This document shows, piece after piece, positions 62,406 through 64,000 of a stretch of DNA of 64,000 bases. Source of the DNA: Octopus vulgaris (lineage: Eukaryota); the NCBI GenBank assembly GCA_951406725.2, contig OX597822.1:116560001-116624000 (forward strand). Direction: 5' to 3'. Position 1 is the first letter of the stretch. Each line of letters starts with the position of its first letter. The translations under genes and the position numbers were made by a program. The notes beneath the pieces are model-generated. The model did not search any database and was not told where the DNA came from. It was given only the letters and a program-made list of their open reading frames with translations.

Positions 62406-64000
62406 TACACAGAAAAGAAACACGGAGAGAAACAAGGAGAGAAAAAAATTGCGTGTAGGGAATAACGATCCAACATGGCGTTATACAATGGGCTTCTTTC
62501 AGTTTCTGTCTGCCAAATCCACTCACAAGGCTTTGGTTGACCCAAGGCTATAACAAAAGACACTTGCCCAAGGTGCCATACAGTGAGACTGAACCCAGAA
62601 CCATGTGGTTGGTAAGCAAGCTACTTACCACACAGCCTGTCCCACTTAAATGTGGATGTTCTGTTAGAACAAACTATACTGCTGCAGATACTATGAAAGA
62701 AACTCTCAGATGATAATATGAGAGATTCTCCCATGCTTTCTCTCATGATGTATTTTCCACAGTCTAGATTGTTCTGACAGAACATTCACATTTAAGAGGG
62801 GATAAATATTACCACTTTGTATTAATACTTCCCCTGTTGCTAATATATATTTCTCATTAAATCTGTATCCTATAATGAGGGGCTGTCTTGGACAGGTTGG
62901 TAGTAAGAGTCAAAGGGTGTGCGATGAGATAAAGGCGAAAGTAGGTGATGGATGTCTAGAGAAGTAGCTCAGAAGGGAGAGTGAGTGATGGCTGGCAGTA
63001 CAAAAGGGTTAGGGTTAAAGTGGACAGGGTGGCAGGATGGGAATGGTCCTATGCAATCCCTTCTGAATAAGCCTGGGTGGTGGCCATAAGTTTATTGTCA
63101 GCATTGTAGGTGATGGTAATGACAATGATAATAGAAGTGGTAGTGATAGTGGTATTGATGATGATGATGAGGAGGAGGAGGACAACGATGATGATGATGA
63201 CGATGAGGATGACAGTAGTGAGGGTGGTGATGACAGTGGTGGTGGTGGTGGTGATATCAAGGTTATTATTGGTGTTGTTGGTGATGATGCTGGTGACAAC
63301 AACAACGATGATGATGATGATGATGCTGGCAGTAACAATGCCAATGTCGATAATGATGACAACGATGATGATGACAACAGTGGTGGTGGTGGTCGTCATT
63401 GTCGTGGTCATAACAGCATCTAGAACAACAATTATGATGGTGAATGAAACCAATTCCATGTGAACATCTGCAACTACGGCCACCCCTGCAGGAAACATTC
63501 TGGATTGTCGAGTTTAGATTTATTATCAAGTTCTGTTTTCTTTTGCATTTTTACTCTCCTCCTCCTCACTAATTTTTAAAATGTTTTTAATAGAATTTTT
63601 CCCTTCTCATTTCCTTCATCCTGTTACCCTGTTCTCTCATTTGCAAAGACCTCACAAGAAGTTGAGCTGATGTTACAGATTTTCAAACAGCACTTCAGAT
63701 AATCCTCTCTTTATAATCATGGTTTCCCTTTGTTTTTTTGAGCCCTCGCTGATGCCATCATAGAAGATATTCTGAGGGTTGAGGATTGATTTTCATCTGA
63801 AGAAGATACTCTTAAACATTGTTTGATTTTTTTCCTGGGGTTTTTTTTTGTGTTTTTTTTTTAAACAAGTCCTGTTTTGAAACTTGGCATTTCAATCTTT
63901 TGCTTGATTTTCTCATTGACTTTTTTGTTACTATATTTCTGTTTTTGCTTCAACTAAGTTAGAAAATGATGAAAAATTTAGTAAAATAACTCTGGCATTA

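Larger units (their letters stand above)
47370..64000 (+). repeat. Tandem segmental duplication, unit about 7.77 kb: 47370-55140, 55141-62912, partial 62913-64000
   Basis: aagggtgtgcgatgagataaaggcg at 47370, 55141 and 62913; all internal features recur at +7771 to +7776. Confidence 0.97.

Overview
AT-rich eukaryotic, repeat-dominated DNA. The SINE/LINE families and microsatellite load look like an octopod cephalopod genome (inference). No host protein-coding gene can be supported, and nearly all short ORFs are microsatellite artefacts. Contents: many tRNA-derived SINEs of at least 3 families; RTE-clade LINEs, including a 965-aa APE+RT ORF with a PHD-type finger inside the RT (present twice); CR1-like and R4/Dong-like LINE 3' ends; a decayed coding Penelope-like element (PLE; RT + GIY-YIG); a Tc1 element; a mariner relic; a hAT MITE with 8-bp TSD; an ORF1-only (HAL1-like) element; a 2.5-kb compound tetranucleotide satellite; and a ~7.77-kb tandem duplication from 47370 to the window end. 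The main hidden signal is about 15 type I hammerhead ribozyme motifs of about 7 sequence variants. They sit in short non-coding fold-back (inverted-repeat) elements inserted into (TA)n tracts that share the architecture of the coding Penelope copy. One family shows stem I covariation, a ~59-nt stem II and a 3x121-bp tandem array. All folds were derived by eye and activity is untested.
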